DNA from: an uncultured Methanoregulaceae archaeon
GTDB lineage: Archaea; Halobacteriota; Methanomicrobia; Methanomicrobiales; Methanospirillaceae
Direction: 5' to 3'
DNA: 64,000 nt
NCBI GenBank assembly: GCA_963717525.1
Contig: OY970343.1
Coordinates: 1,440,001 to 1,504,000 of the forward strand
In this document: positions 1 to 10,382 of the stretch, one piece after another
Layout: every line of letters begins with the position of its first letter
Numbering within the stretch: position 1 is the first letter of the stretch
Made by a program: the position numbers and the translations under genes
Notes under the pieces: model-generated
Told to the model about the DNA's origin: nothing
The model's input: only the letters and a program-made list of their open reading frames with translations
Database searches by the model: none

Positions 1-309
1 CAGGACCCGGTAGGTCGCCATAATATTGTTCTGCATCGTCGGATCAGGATTTACCGCGCTTTGGCGGACATCCGGGTCTGCTGCAAGGTGAAAGAGCCGG
101 TCTGCACCGTTTATGGCATCCTGCCACCCGTCACTGAGCAGATCTGCCTGCACGAACCGGATATCGCAAGAATCAATATGCCGGGCAATGGTCTCTTTAC
201 GCCCGGCACAGAGTGAGTCAATTACCACAACCTCGTTACCTTGGGCAACGAGAGTATCAACCAGATGTGAACCGATAAAACCAGCACCACCTGTTACGAC
301 ATCGAACAT
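1..309 (-). CDS. NAD-dependent epimerase/dehydratase (UDP-glucose 4-epimerase-like), 5' part; runs off window
   Basis: Reverse-strand translation from ATG at 309 gives MFDVVTGGAGFIGSHLVDTLVAQG, a Rossmann GGxGxxG motif of extended SDRs, followed by FHLAADPDVR. Confidence 0.85.
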   Translation of the reverse strand, partial: MFDVVTGGAGFIGSHLVDTLVAQGNEVVVIDSLCAGRKETIARHIDSCDIRFVQADLLSDGWQDAINGADRLFHLAADPDVRQSAVNPDPTMQNNIMATYRVL

Positions 310-348
310 CAATACCTATTATGTAACCCATGCTATAGGATTACTGCT

Positions 349-1227
349 ATGTTCATCGGGATTGACCACGGCACAACCGCCATGCGGTTTGCATCTGGTA
401 CGGGCCAGTTCAAGCTGACGCGCGAGGAGGCAACAGGATTTACGGTCGCAGACCTTGGCCGGCTCTGCCCACCCGATGATATCGAGGGAATTGCACTCTG
501 CTATTCGATGGGTGACAATTTTTCGAAGATCAGCGCTATAAAAAAGATAAAAAACCGGGGCATTGTCAGCCGCGAAGGGGCGGGTAAGCACATCGGCGGG
601 GGAACCAAGGTCTTTGATGAGATCAAAAAGAGCGGCATACCCACGGTCGTGATCCCGGGTCTGCACCGGGGTTCCCCGACCGATCCACGGTTCAAGGCCT
701 ACTCCCACCAGTCCAGCCCGGAAAAGGTCGGGATCGCTTTTGAGGTCTGCCACGATCTGGGGGACGATATCATCGTCTCCGATGCAAGTTCCAATACCGT
801 GACTCTCCTTGTCTCGGCGGGAAAGCTGATCGGGGCCTTTGATGCCTGTATCTTTGCCCCTGGCACCCGGCATGGTGCACTTGATGTCGATGCCATCCGC
901 CGAATTGATGCAGGCGAATGCACCGCAAACGAGGCCTTCCAGCAGGCTGGTGTGAACTATACACTTCCTGAGGAAGGCAACCTTCGTATGAGGACTGTCG
1001 CCATGTTTTCGGCCATGGAATGCGCCGCGCTCCTGCTGCTCAACCCACGCGCGCGGGTCGCCCTTGCCGGTTCACTCGCCCCTCTCATCGCACCTGATGT
1101 CGAATCACTTCTTGACACAGATGTTGCCGTCTATGATGAATGGTGCGCGTCCCGCGGCCTGGCCAGGATTGCCACCGACGTCTTTTCCGGGGCGGAGGAG
1201 ATCCTTGGTCTCGGTGTGGATCTCTAG
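349..1227 (+). CDS. Methanogenesis marker protein 12 (UPF0285-like, ASKHA fold)
   Basis: N-terminal FIGIDHGTTAMRF, plus YSMGD, GAGKHIGGGT and SHQSSPEK motifs typical of marker 12. Confidence 0.85.
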   Translation: MFIGIDHGTTAMRFASGTGQFKLTREEATGFTVADLGRLCPPDDIEGIALCYSMGDNFSKISAIKKIKNRGIVSREGAGKHIGGGTKVFDEIKKSGIPTVVIPGLHRGSPTDPRFKAYSHQSSPEKVGIAFEVCHDLGDDIIVSDASSNTVTLLVSAGKLIGAFDACIFAPGTRHGALDVDAIRRIDAGECTANEAFQQAGVNYTLPEEGNLRMRTVAMFSAMECAALLLLNPRARVALAGSLAPLIAPDVESLLDTDVAVYDEWCASRGLARIATDVFSGAEEILGLGVDL

Positions 1228-1228
1228 A

Positions 1229-1236
1229 TTTATATT
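1229..1236 (+). promoter_or_regulatory. Putative TATA box of por operon
   Basis: TTTATATT about 40 bp upstream of the porC start in an AT-rich gap. Confidence 0.4.
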
Positions 1237-1271
1237 GATTTATCATGTAAAATTACTAGGGGATTTTTCCT

Positions 1272-1817
1272 TTGAGAGAACTACGTATCCACGGCAGAGG
1301 GGGCCAGGGATCTGTCACCGCTGCGGAACTGATTGCTGTTGCCGCATTTGAAGGAGGCGTTTTTTCGCAGGCGTTTCCGGCGTTTGGGGTCGAACGGCGT
1401 GGCGCTCCGGTCCAGGCATTCGTCCGGTTTGATGACCGGAAGATCCGGCTCCGGAGCCAGGTCTACGAGCCGGACTATATCATTGTCCAGGACAGCACGC
1501 TCATCAAGGACGTGAATGTTTTTTCAGGAGTAAAAAAGGGCGGAATCGTTATTGTCAATACCGAGAAGGCACCGGATTACAAGGTGCCCGAGGGTGTCAG
1601 GCTGATCACCATCGATGCGACCTCCATCGCGCTCAAGGTGATCGGGCTTCCCATCACAAACACATCCCTCATGGGAGCGTTTGCCGCTGCTACCGGTGAG
1701 ATCAAGTTCGACGCGCTCAAGAATGCACTCAACCACCGGTTCCCAAAAGAGCTTGCCGAGAAAAACATCGAGGCGGCCCGCCAGGCATTTGAATCGGTCA
1801 AGGGGGCGGCTGTATAA
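1272..1817 (+). CDS. porC: Pyruvate:ferredoxin oxidoreductase gamma subunit
   Basis: ELRIHGRGGQGSVTAAE and FGVERRGAPV motifs; first gene of the gamma-delta-alpha-beta operon; TTG start. Confidence 0.93.
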   Translation: MRELRIHGRGGQGSVTAAELIAVAAFEGGVFSQAFPAFGVERRGAPVQAFVRFDDRKIRLRSQVYEPDYIIVQDSTLIKDVNVFSGVKKGGIVIVNTEKAPDYKVPEGVRLITIDATSIALKVIGLPITNTSLMGAFAAATGEIKFDALKNALNHRFPKELAEKNIEAARQAFESVKGAAV

Positions 1818-2077
1818 TGGCGCTTGCTGTCGGATGCCGTGCCCGGCCGGGAAAAGGCCGTGACAATAAGACCGGATCGTGGCGGGTTTTTAAGCCGATC
1901 TTCGATCACGGGCTGTGCTCCAAGTGCGGGACGTGCCAGGTCATCTGTCCCGAAGGGTGCATAGCAGAGGATAACGAGGGCTTCTTCGATCCCGATTATG
2001 CCTACTGCAAGGGCTGCGGCATGTGTGCGGAAGAGTGCCCCAAGAAAGCGATCGCGATGAAACAGGAGGAGAAATAA
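1817..2077 (+). CDS. porD: Pyruvate:ferredoxin oxidoreductase delta subunit (2x[4Fe-4S])
   Basis: KTGSWRVFKP and two CxxCxxCxxxCP motifs. Confidence 0.93.
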   Translation: MALAVGCRARPGKGRDNKTGSWRVFKPIFDHGLCSKCGTCQVICPEGCIAEDNEGFFDPDYAYCKGCGMCAEECPKKAIAMKQEEK

Positions 2078-3232
2078 ATGCTCGAAATTACCGAAGGCTC
2101 AATGGCGGTCGCCGAGGCGGTCCGGCTCTGCCGTCCGCAGGTCGTTTCCGCGTACCCGATCACGCCCCAGACCCATATCGTCGAGGCACTCGCAGACATG
2201 GTGGCAAACGGGAAACTCGACGCGGATTATATCACGGTCGAAAGCGAGTTCTCCGCGCTCTCCGCCTGCCTCGGGGCAAGTGCTGCGGGATCCCGTACCT
2301 ATTCCGCGACCACCTCCCAGGGACTTGCCCTTATGTTCGAGGTCTGTTTCAACGTCGCCGGTATGCGTCTGCCGATTGTCATGACCATTGCCAACCGTGC
2401 ACTGGGAGCGCCGCTCTCCATCTGGAACGACCAGCAGGATTCCATTGCCCTGCGTGACGCAGGCTGGCTCCAGTTTTATGCCGAGGACAACCAGGAGGCA
2501 ACTGATCTCCATTATATCGCCTACCGTGTGGCAGAAAATCCCTCCGTCATGCTCCCCGCGTTTGTCTGCTTTGACGGGTTCATCCTCTCCCATACCTATG
2601 AACCGGTGGACATGATCTCCCAGGAAGATGCCGATAAGTACCTCCCGAAGTTTACACCAAAGGAGCGGCTTGATGCAGCAGACCCGATAAGTTTCGGGAT
2701 GTATGCAACGCCCGAGTATTATCTTGAGTTCCGGTACGAGACCGACAAGGCGCTCAAGGACGCAAAGGCTGTGATCAGGGCCGCAGGTGCTGAGTTCGGG
2801 AAAATGTTTGGCCGGGACTACAGCGCAATGGTCGAGGGTTACCAGCTTGAGGATGCGGAAACCGTGATCGTCGCGATGGGATCGATCTGTGGTACCGTAA
2901 AGGACACAATTGACGACTTGCGGGCCGAAGGAAAGAAGGTCGGACTCCTTAAGATCCGGGTCTTCCGGCCGTTCCCGTCTGAAGATGTGGCAAAAGCGCT
3001 CAAAGGGGCAAAGCATGTCGCGGTGCTCGACAAGAACATCTCCCTTGGTGCGAAGGGTGCAGCCGCATTGGAAGTAAAGGACGCTCTCTACGGCTCCGGT
3101 ATCCCGGTCTACGATTATATCCTTGGCCTCGGTGGAAGGGACGTGCAGAAGAAAGATATCCGGGAAGTTGTCACGCTTGCCGGGATGGGAAAAGGCGACC
3201 AGTTTATCGGCCTGCGCAGGGAGGTGCTTTGA
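2078..3232 (+). CDS. porA: Pyruvate:ferredoxin oxidoreductase alpha subunit
   Basis: [14 protein letters not shown] and TATTSQGL-like motifs. Confidence 0.95.
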   Translation: MLEITEGSMAVAEAVRLCRPQVVSAYPITPQTHIVEALADMVANGKLDADYITVESEFSALSACLGASAAGSRTYSATTSQGLALMFEVCFNVAGMRLPIVMTIANRALGAPLSIWNDQQDSIALRDAGWLQFYAEDNQEATDLHYIAYRVAENPSVMLPAFVCFDGFILSHTYEPVDMISQEDADKYLPKFTPKERLDAADPISFGMYATPEYYLEFRYETDKALKDAKAVIRAAGAEFGKMFGRDYSAMVEGYQLEDAETVIVAMGSICGTVKDTIDDLRAEGKKVGLLKIRVFRPFPSEDVAKALKGAKHVAVLDKNISLGAKGAAALEVKDALYGSGIPVYDYILGLGGRDVQKKDIREVVTLAGMGKGDQFIGLRREVL

Positions 3233-3234
3233 TC

Positions 3235-4132
3235 ATGGTTGACAAGACCTGCGAACTCTTTGATTCCGGGCACCGGGCCTGTGGGGGATGCGGGGCGGCC
3301 CTTGCGGCCCGGCTCATGCTCAAGGCGGCAGGACCGAATTCCATTGTGGTCTCTTCAACGGGCTGCATGGAGGTCTTCTCCACGCCATATCCTGAAACCG
3401 CATGGAAAGTCCCGTGGATCCACTCGCTCTTTGAGAACGCATCGGCTGTTGCTTCGGGTATCGAATCCTCGCTCAAGAAGCAGGGCAGGAAAGAGAAGGT
3501 CATCGTGATTGCCGGGGATGGCGCGACCTTCGATATCGGGATGCTCTGCATCAGCGGCGCGTTCGAACGCGGCCACGATATCACCTACATCTGCTATGAC
3601 AACGAGGCCTACATGAACACCGGTATCCAGCGGTCCGGGGCTACCCCGTATGATGCCAGCACAACCACAAGCCCGGCCGGGTCGCAGTCGTTCGGGAACA
3701 AGCGTCCCAAGAAGGACATGCCCCAGATTCTCGCAGCTCACGGCGCTCCCTATGTGGCAACTGCATCCATCGCCTATCCCAACGACCTGATCCAGAAAGT
3801 GGAAAAGGCACTCAACACGGTCGGCCCGACCTATGTCCAGATCCATGTGCCCTGTTGCACCGGCTGGGGATTTGAAGGGGAACAGACCATCGCCATCGCA
3901 AAACTGGCCATCGAGACCGGCCTGTGGGTAAACTACGAGATGGTAGATGGGAAGGTGACCAAGGCAAAGAAGGTGGTCAGGAAACCCGTTGAGGAGTACC
4001 TCAAGACCCAGAAACGGTTCCGCCATCTCTTCAAGCCCAAAGAGGCAGGATGCCGAGATCGCCGCCATCCAGGCGATCGCCGACAAGAATGCCGAAAAGT
4101 ACGGCATCGACATCAAGATCAAGAAGGAATAA
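3235..4132 (+). CDS. porB: Pyruvate:ferredoxin oxidoreductase beta subunit (apparent +1 frameshift near 4040)
   Basis: [12 protein letters not shown]-binding GDGATFDIG and [10 protein letters not shown]. The natural-looking C-terminus ([28 protein letters not shown]) is in another frame after cccaaagagg, ending at TAA 4130-4132. Confidence 0.9.
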
Positions 4133-4233
4133 ACTCTGTTTCCTTTTTGTTTCCCGGTAACTAGGACCCTAGTACCCACTTCGGCTGCTGATATTAAGGA
4201 AAAAGTAAATATTTTGTCCGCGAAGCCGCGAAA

Positions 4234-5032
4234 TTACTTTCTCGGTTTTACATTCATATGTTGGTAACAGTCATAGCAGACGGGTTTTGCGTATGATATC
4301 GAATTTTTTTCTTGTCCACAGGAATGACAATATCGTTCTTTATAATTCGGATCTTTGTATTGCACCCAGATAGGGTAGCAATTATTGCGAAGTGGCCTAT
4401 CTGTATTGAACTTGTCCATAGGTTGATCACATCGAATACAATATGCCTCCTCACCAAGTACAGAATCAACAATATTTCCCAGAAGTCCTTTGTTCTGGGT
4501 CATCTTCGGTTTTCGAACGATCTTCGGAGAGCCCGATTTCAGAGTGGCACTTTGGGGATTCAATGTAACAGGCTCGCGTTTTATTTTTGGATTCTCCTTG
4601 CTCTGTTTTACGATCATCTGGACTTCATTATAGGCTTCGCCATATATTGCCGGATCGTCAACTTTCGTGAATCTAATACCCATCTCCCAGTTGTAAGCCT
4701 GCGAATGTTCGTGAAGATTCATTGAAGTGATGAGACCTTTCTTTTTCATTTAAAAAACATTTTGTGTGAAGATTTTCACAAACTCAGGCGTCTGTATTTT
4801 TCAGTCTACGTAAAAATTGTATGTCGTACTCATCGACATTTTTTTCTGAGTTATTCTCGACGCGGGAAATTATTGAAAACTTTATTCCGCGTGTATCTGC
4901 ATTTTCAATATAATTCTTCGTCTGCTGCGGTATCTTGAGGTATGGTGCAACGATATATAGCTCAACATGAGCACCATTTATGATTTCAGTAATAGCACCG
5001 TAGGACATTGCCCCATTCACAAATTTAGCCAT
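4234..5032 (-). pseudogene. Phospholipase D/Nuc-family (HxK) protein with C-terminal Cys-rich Zn ribbon; in-frame stop and frameshift
   Basis: Reading through TGA 4784-4786 gives VCENLHTKCFLNE (HxKxxxxE), then a frameshift to GLITSMNL...NWEMG. The C-terminus has CIRC, CHSC and CYDC. The gene is AT-rich relative to its flanks. Confidence 0.7.
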
Positions 5033-5181
5033 CTGATATCAGGCTTCAATTAATTCTTAACGAGATAAAAGTTTGGCATTTTAAACTATTTACTGCACTA
5101 TAGATCCACATTTTTTCTGAATAAATGAAAATTAAGGTGAAGTTAGTTAACGCCGTTCCCTTCAGCAGATTTCGGCAACAA

Positions 5182-5189
5182 TTTTAATA
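5182..5189 (+). promoter_or_regulatory. Putative TATA box of tRNA-Val
   Basis: TTTTAATA about 30 bp upstream of the tRNA 5' end. Confidence 0.5.
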
Positions 5190-5217
5190 CATTCCAGTCT
5201 GACATTAGTAGGTTATC

Positions 5218-5289
5218 GGGCTCGTGGTCTAGCGGTATGACGTCGCCCTTACACGGCGAAGGTCGCCGGTTCGAATCCGGCCGGGCCCA
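5218..5289 (+). tRNA. tRNA-Val (anticodon TAC)
   Basis: GGGCTCG/CGGGCCC-A acceptor stem, D-arm TGGTCTAGCGGTATGAC, anticodon arm TCGCC-CTTACAC-GGCGA, T-loop GTTCGAATC; 72 nt, no intron, CCA not encoded. Confidence 0.97.
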
Positions 5290-5370
5290 TCTCTTTCTTT
5301 CGGTTTGCGCGGGATCTCCATCATCATGATTTCCCGGAACCCGCATGATCCGGACCGGCCTGCTGCAAAA

Positions 5371-5545
5371 TTTTCAAAAACGTTCGTAAACGCGACGGCT
5401 CTTTTGGAAAAAGTCCGGATACGCTGCCCGAAGATTTCCAAAAATGGCGAGGAGCGATATCGGACATTCAAAAAAAAGTTCGCGAAGGTTGCCGGACTTT
5501 TGTAGAAAAAATCCGGTCATGATCCGGGGATTCCGGGAAAAATCC
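5371..5545. repeat. Degenerate ~32-bp periodic T-tract/A-tract repeat (6 units)
   Basis: A-tracts end at 5380, 5412, 5444, 5477, 5511 and 5542. Each follows a TT-TTTT run and precedes a GC-rich spacer. Confidence 0.55.
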
Positions 5546-6227
5546 TGCCCTTACCGGGGGTGCTGGTCCGGCTGACCCCCCAAACCTCCTGATCAAGGCT
5601 ACGCTCATCCGGGCCCGTATTGAGCCCGGATTGACCCCTGGCAGATCCAATCGGAGCCCGTGTCGGGCTCCTTTTCAAAATAAGCCCAAATTGACCTTAT
5701 TTTGGCAAACGGACGAAATAAAAGGTTCACATATCAGCGTTTTACGGCCCGATCATGGGGCCGGATGGGTATTTGCATGATCCCGAAAAAAGTAGCCGAA
5801 AAAAGGCCACTATGGGCCGTTTACAGGCATTATATGGAGCTCAATTTTAGTGTATTTTGGCAAATAAAACGATATTTCAGCCCTGATTCATTTCCTGTGA
5901 AATCGGACGGTTTTACGGGCTTATTTTGTAAGAGACTTGATAACATCTTATTGCGATTCCTCCTCCTCCCTGCGCCGCAGGGAATCGCTCGGCCGCCTCG
6001 TCGGGGCCTCGCTGGGCGAGTACGGTTTTCTCCATCGTGCCCCACCATGCCTCTCGAGGGGCCCTGAGGTGGGGAGGCATCGTACGCGGGGGTATTGGGG
6101 TGGCAGATCCCATCACACCATTTGAATCACCCGGCCCTTGCCAAAAATTTCCGGAAAATGTTCGACTCAGCTGCTGATGATTTCAAAAAAAGTCCGGCTT
6201 GGTTGCTGAGAATTAATAAAAAAAGTT

Positions 6228-6827
6228 TCAGGGAGTTACCGTTGCCGTGCTACCGGAACTTCCCTTCTGGATGGAATCGATCTTGATATCGAATGTCAGG
6301 TTCTGACCAACAAGAGGGTTGTTTCCATCCACTGCTACCCCGGCATCAGTGACATTGAGCACGACAACCGGAATTACACCTCCTGTGTTGCTTTGGAAAT
6401 AGGCTTTTTCACCCGGATAAATAGTCTGATTTTCCTGGAACAAACTCTTTGGTACAATAGCTACAAGATCCGGATTATAGACATACCCTTGGTCGGCAAG
6501 GATCATTACCGTCTTTTCCTCGTTCACTTTCATCCCCCGTACTGCTGCATCAAAACCGGGAAGCACCTGGCCGCTCCCGACCGTGAACGTGAACGGGGAT
6601 GTGTTGACATTGGTCTGATAGACCGTCTTATTATCAAACATAAGGGTATAGGTGACGTTCACGGTATCCCCGGCCGCCACCACCACGGGCGGCACAACGA
6701 ACACGAAGTAGATGACAATAACAGCAATGACAAGCACAAGTATCGCTGCCGCGATTCCAACCATCTTGTATTGCTCCTTTCGTACAGCCACCTTCTCCTT
6801 GCCTTTCTGTTTCTCGGATTTCTTCAT
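6228..6827 (-). CDS. FKBP-type (SlyD-like) peptidyl-prolyl isomerase with N-terminal membrane anchor
   Basis: GDTVNVTY, FTVGSGQVLPGFDAAVRGM and DGNNPLVGQNLTFDI; a basic N-terminus followed by a TM helix. Confidence 0.88.
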   Translation of the reverse strand: MKKSEKQKGKEKVAVRKEQYKMVGIAAAILVLVIAVIVIYFVFVVPPVVVAAGDTVNVTYTLMFDNKTVYQTNVNTSPFTFTVGSGQVLPGFDAAVRGMKVNEEKTVMILADQGYVYNPDLVAIVPKSLFQENQTIYPGEKAYFQSNTGGVIPVVVLNVTDAGVAVDGNNPLVGQNLTFDIKIDSIQKGSSGSTATVTP

Positions 6828-6941
6828 GGTACTCCTATCTAGAATTCGCCGGTAAACAATATACCCTTGCTTCTCAGATAGGTATGCAAAGGCAACGAGC
6901 CGGAAACCCTTACGAGGTCCGGCCGTCACGGAAATATCGCT

Positions 6942-8048
6942 ATGGACAGAAACGATCCCGCAAAGAGGCCGGGAACCATCACAACCCTACACAAAACGCT
7001 CTGGGCAGAGATCCATACGGAGCGGGAGCGGCACCGCGAGCTGTACGCGTCGGGTACCACCGGCAGGATCACGCTGATCATTCTGGGCGTTGCGATCCTG
7101 ATCAATATCTTCCTGTTCTTTGAAAATCCGCTCTATCCCCTTATGTTTACCTCGGCAAGTTTCTTCCTTTTTATGTTCTATTTTGTTACACTCCTTATCC
7201 CCCACAACCTGAAAGAGACGCCGCTGCCCCAGACAGAGATCTCCCGGTACCTCGTGCGGCTGCGCGAAAACGGTATTATCGTAAGCACCAGGAGGTTCAC
7301 CCGTGTCTTTCTCAATGCCTTTTTTATCAACTGCCGCCCGCTCTTTTACGGGTTTGCACTGATCTTCTCCATCGATATCGTGCTTGTGATCGCGATGGCT
7401 GCACAGGGCGTGCTTTCGTCGTCCAGTACGGTAATAATCCTAATGGAATCAGCTGCCATCATCCTGTTCTACTTCCTTGTCTGGCGACTTGAACCATACA
7501 CCATCGAATTCTTCTCCGGGGTCTCCGGGGTAAAAGAGCGCCTGATCCAAAAACGGGTTCCCGAGCCGGTGGTCTCCTCCCTGTTTTTTTTGAGCGCAGC
7601 ACTCGCCCTTGTCGGTATTCTCTCGACACTTGTTCTGCTCCCGGGCATGTCCGTGAACAATATCCTCTCGGTAACAGAACTAAAACAACTCAGCCATTTC
7701 TTCCTTGCCATCGGTGTGATTCTTATTACCCAGTACTTCATCATGCGCTACATTCACGGTAATACCAGCCGCGATCTGCTCGCACGGTTTTCGCAAGGCA
7801 AGGCTGCCTGTCTCTTCCACCAGATCGAACTTACCGGGCAGACCGGAAGGTCCTCTTCTGGCGCCGCAGACGAGGATGCAGAGGCCGCTGCCGTGTGCAG
7901 GGCCGCAGAACTCCTGCTCGAATCGCAGATCTACCAGGTCGATAAAAAGACACTGTTCGGTACGTTTCCGGTCTATATCGTAAATCCGGATTTTTCCTGG
8001 GTATTTTTCCCTGCTGTGCCTCACGACGGGGAAACACCCCTCGGCTGA
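6942..8048 (+). CDS. Hypothetical multi-pass membrane protein
   Basis: 368-aa ORF with about 6 hydrophobic segments. Confidence 0.7.
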   Translation: MDRNDPAKRPGTITTLHKTLWAEIHTERERHRELYASGTTGRITLIILGVAILINIFLFFENPLYPLMFTSASFFLFMFYFVTLLIPHNLKETPLPQTEISRYLVRLRENGIIVSTRRFTRVFLNAFFINCRPLFYGFALIFSIDIVLVIAMAAQGVLSSSSTVIILMESAAIILFYFLVWRLEPYTIEFFSGVSGVKERLIQKRVPEPVVSSLFFLSAALALVGILSTLVLLPGMSVNNILSVTELKQLSHFFLAIGVILITQYFIMRYIHGNTSRDLLARFSQGKAACLFHQIELTGQTGRSSSGAADEDAEAAAVCRAAELLLESQIYQVDKKTLFGTFPVYIVNPDFSWVFFPAVPHDGETPLG

Positions 8049-8164
8049 TATTCACACCGGTCCCAAGGCCAGCGGCCTGCCCCTCGCTCCGGAGGCAAAA
8101 AGAGAGAAACTACCCCGATTGAACTTTATTTATAGATGGAAAACTCATGTAAAACGTAGTGCCT

Positions 8165-9058
8165 ATGTCAGACGAAATAAAGATCGCAGAGGTGGCGGGA
8201 AAGAAAGTCCAGTGGGATCCTGCGCAGATGCGGAAAATTCAGGAACACCCCTGTTTTTCCGAGAAGGCATGCCATGCCTTCGGGCGCTGTCACATCCCCG
8301 TGGCGCCGAAGTGCAACATCCAGTGTAACTACTGTATCCGGGATTTTGACTGCGTCAACGAGAGCAGGCCCGGTGTGACCACCCGGATCCTCAAGCCGGA
8401 CGAAGCCATGGACATGGTAAAAAAGGTCGTCGATAAATACGACTATATCAAGGTCATCGGCATTGCGGGTCCCGGGGATCCCCTTGCAAACGAGGAGACC
8501 TTCGAGACACTCAAAAGGCTCCACGAGCAATACCCGGGGGTCATCAAGTGCATCAGTACAAACGGCCTGCTCCTGCCTGAAAAGATCGACCTGCTCCAGA
8601 AATATGACGTGGGTAACATCACGGTCACGCTCAACGCGATCGACCCGGAGATCGGGGCGAAGATCTACCAGTTCGTCGATTACCACGGAAAGCGGTACAC
8701 GGGCATCGAAGCGGCAAAGCTGCTCCTCTCGCAGCAACTGAAGGGTATCGAGATGGCAGTGGCACGGCATATGATCGTGAAGATCAATACAGTCTATATC
8801 CCGGGCATCAACGAAGATCATATCATAGACATCGCAAAGAAGGTCGGGGAGATGGGCGTCTATACCTTTAACCTCATCCCGCTGATCGCCCAGTACAAGT
8901 TCGCCGACATCACGCCGCCAACACCCGAGATGAAACGGAAGATGCAGGATGCCTGCTCAAAGTATGTTAAACAGATGCGGCATTGCCAGCGCTGCCGTGC
9001 CGATGCGATCGGCAAGCTCGGGCACGATGTCCAGTCGTGTATGTACGAGAACAAATAA
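8165..9058 (+). CDS. nifB: NifB-type radical SAM protein (FeMo-co precursor synthesis; short form without NifX domain)
   Basis: HPC, CNIQCNYC, ESRPG, AGPGDPL, STNG and C-terminal CQRCRADA, the NifB signature motifs. Confidence 0.92.
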   Translation: MSDEIKIAEVAGKKVQWDPAQMRKIQEHPCFSEKACHAFGRCHIPVAPKCNIQCNYCIRDFDCVNESRPGVTTRILKPDEAMDMVKKVVDKYDYIKVIGIAGPGDPLANEETFETLKRLHEQYPGVIKCISTNGLLLPEKIDLLQKYDVGNITVTLNAIDPEIGAKIYQFVDYHGKRYTGIEAAKLLLSQQLKGIEMAVARHMIVKINTVYIPGINEDHIIDIAKKVGEMGVYTFNLIPLIAQYKFADITPPTPEMKRKMQDACSKYVKQMRHCQRCRADAIGKLGHDVQSCMYENK

Positions 9059-9365
9059 TCTCCATCTCATTTTTCCGGCATAACTTCCTCTGCCGGGGAT
9101 CAACCGGCTGACATGACCGGTGATTTTTCGTGTGCCATTCTTTTTTTGGGGTCCCACAGGAAGTCCTGTGTTCCCTGACCGGATGCTGGTAAATTAACCA
9201 AACGCGAGGGGATGAGATCCCACCCCCCAGTGCCAGGAAACGGAACCGGTCGGAAATGAGAGATAATCCAAAAAAAAGTCCCGGGGACCGGTACCAGTGC
9301 GTTCAGCAGGGGGCGAGAAGTACGTCCCGTTCTCTTCCCTGTATGTCCTGGGATAGTACCGGGAA

Positions 9366-9851
9366 TCAGGGTGAGATCCCAAGGGTCGGATAGGCAGACT
9401 TCTGCGGGCCGGCGTTCCCGAGGATACTGTTCAGTTTATCGATAATCGTCCCGAGTGAAGGGGGGATATCCGTATCCTGGGCAGTCACCGTTTTACCCAT
9501 ATAACTGACTGTATAGGTCATCAGGCCCGGGCTCTGGTGAGGGGCAGGGTAGTTGGCCTGCAGCTGCGAGAACGCTGACTCATTGAACAGCACGGAAATA
9601 AGCGCAAGGTCCGTGGCATTCAGCGATATCTCGGTACTGGTCGATTTCCCGGAGATCACCGCTACCCCGTTATTGAAGATCACCAGGCGATCATTGAGAC
9701 TGGCAACACCGCCGGTCCGGTGGTAATCAACGAGTATTGAAGGCGGAGAGGTTTGGTTGACCGGAAGGGACCTGGTTCCAAGGCACCCGGCACCCGCGAG
9801 TACGAGAACGAGAAGAAAAAGAGGGACGATAGGGATTACTTTAATACGCAT
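9366..9851 (-). CDS. Hypothetical secreted/lipoprotein-like protein
   Basis: Hydrophobic leader ending in AGAGC; YHRTGG motif. Confidence 0.7.
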   Translation of the reverse strand: MRIKVIPIVPLFLLVLVLAGAGCLGTRSLPVNQTSPPSILVDYHRTGGVASLNDRLVIFNNGVAVISGKSTSTEISLNATDLALISVLFNESAFSQLQANYPAPHQSPGLMTYTVSYMGKTVTAQDTDIPPSLGTIIDKLNSILGNAGPQKSAYPTLGISP

Positions 9852-9890
9852 CACTCCGTAGGGTTCACCAGGATTTCCCTTTTTTTTGGG

Positions 9891-10220
9891 TTATAACTGG
9901 ACAACATCCGTTTTTTTGGTTTTTGCTGCCGATTTACGTTCAGGAAAGATTTCCTCAAGGGCTTTTACCAGACTGTCCGCCTTTTCATTGTTGAAAACCG
10001 CACGGAATGCAGCAAGTTCCGTTGCATTCATAATCATGATCCCTTTCTTCTTCATCGGGAGCCTGTTTTCCCCGAGAGGGTTGATATCGATCGCAAGCGA
10101 CGCCGGGCGGTTTTTTGTTGCAGGGAGACGGATGATGGAGACCCCGGCAAGTGTGGTTGCTTTTCGTTCCCAGTCTCCGCCTTCTTCGATAAAGGCCCTG
10201 AGGGTTTCAGTTAATTCCAT
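9891..10220 (-). CDS. Conserved hypothetical protein
   Basis: MELTETLRAF...WERKATT...IDINP; an upstream TATA-like TATATAAA on the minus strand. Confidence 0.7.
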   Translation of the reverse strand: MELTETLRAFIEEGGDWERKATTLAGVSIIRLPATKNRPASLAIDINPLGENRLPMKKKGIMIMNATELAAFRAVFNNEKADSLVKALEEIFPERKSAAKTKKTDVVQL

Positions 10221-10382
10221 GAGAAGAACTGTTAATTTATATATTAAAAGGCTATCCGTTCCATCGTGAAAATAAAAAAAGTCCCGCAATTCCCGGAACA
10301 GGTGATGCCCGCAGAGTCCACGTTATCAGTGCCCGTTATTCTAAAAAGTTTAAAAGCAGATATCTGACCGGACAATTCCATC

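Noticed and set aside
4784..4786. In-frame TGA in the PLD gene as selenocysteine readthrough
   Set aside because: It is not at a Cys-equivalent catalytic position, a second lesion follows within 50 bp, and no SECIS is evident.
5218..5289. tRNA-Val as attachment site of an integrated element
   Set aside because: No integrase and no duplicated tRNA 3' end were seen within the window.
5960..6120. GC-rich block as RNase P or SRP RNA
   Set aside because: I could not find the RNase P GAGGAAAGTCC-type motif or the SRP helix-8 GGAA/AGCAG motif on either strand, and the block is too short.
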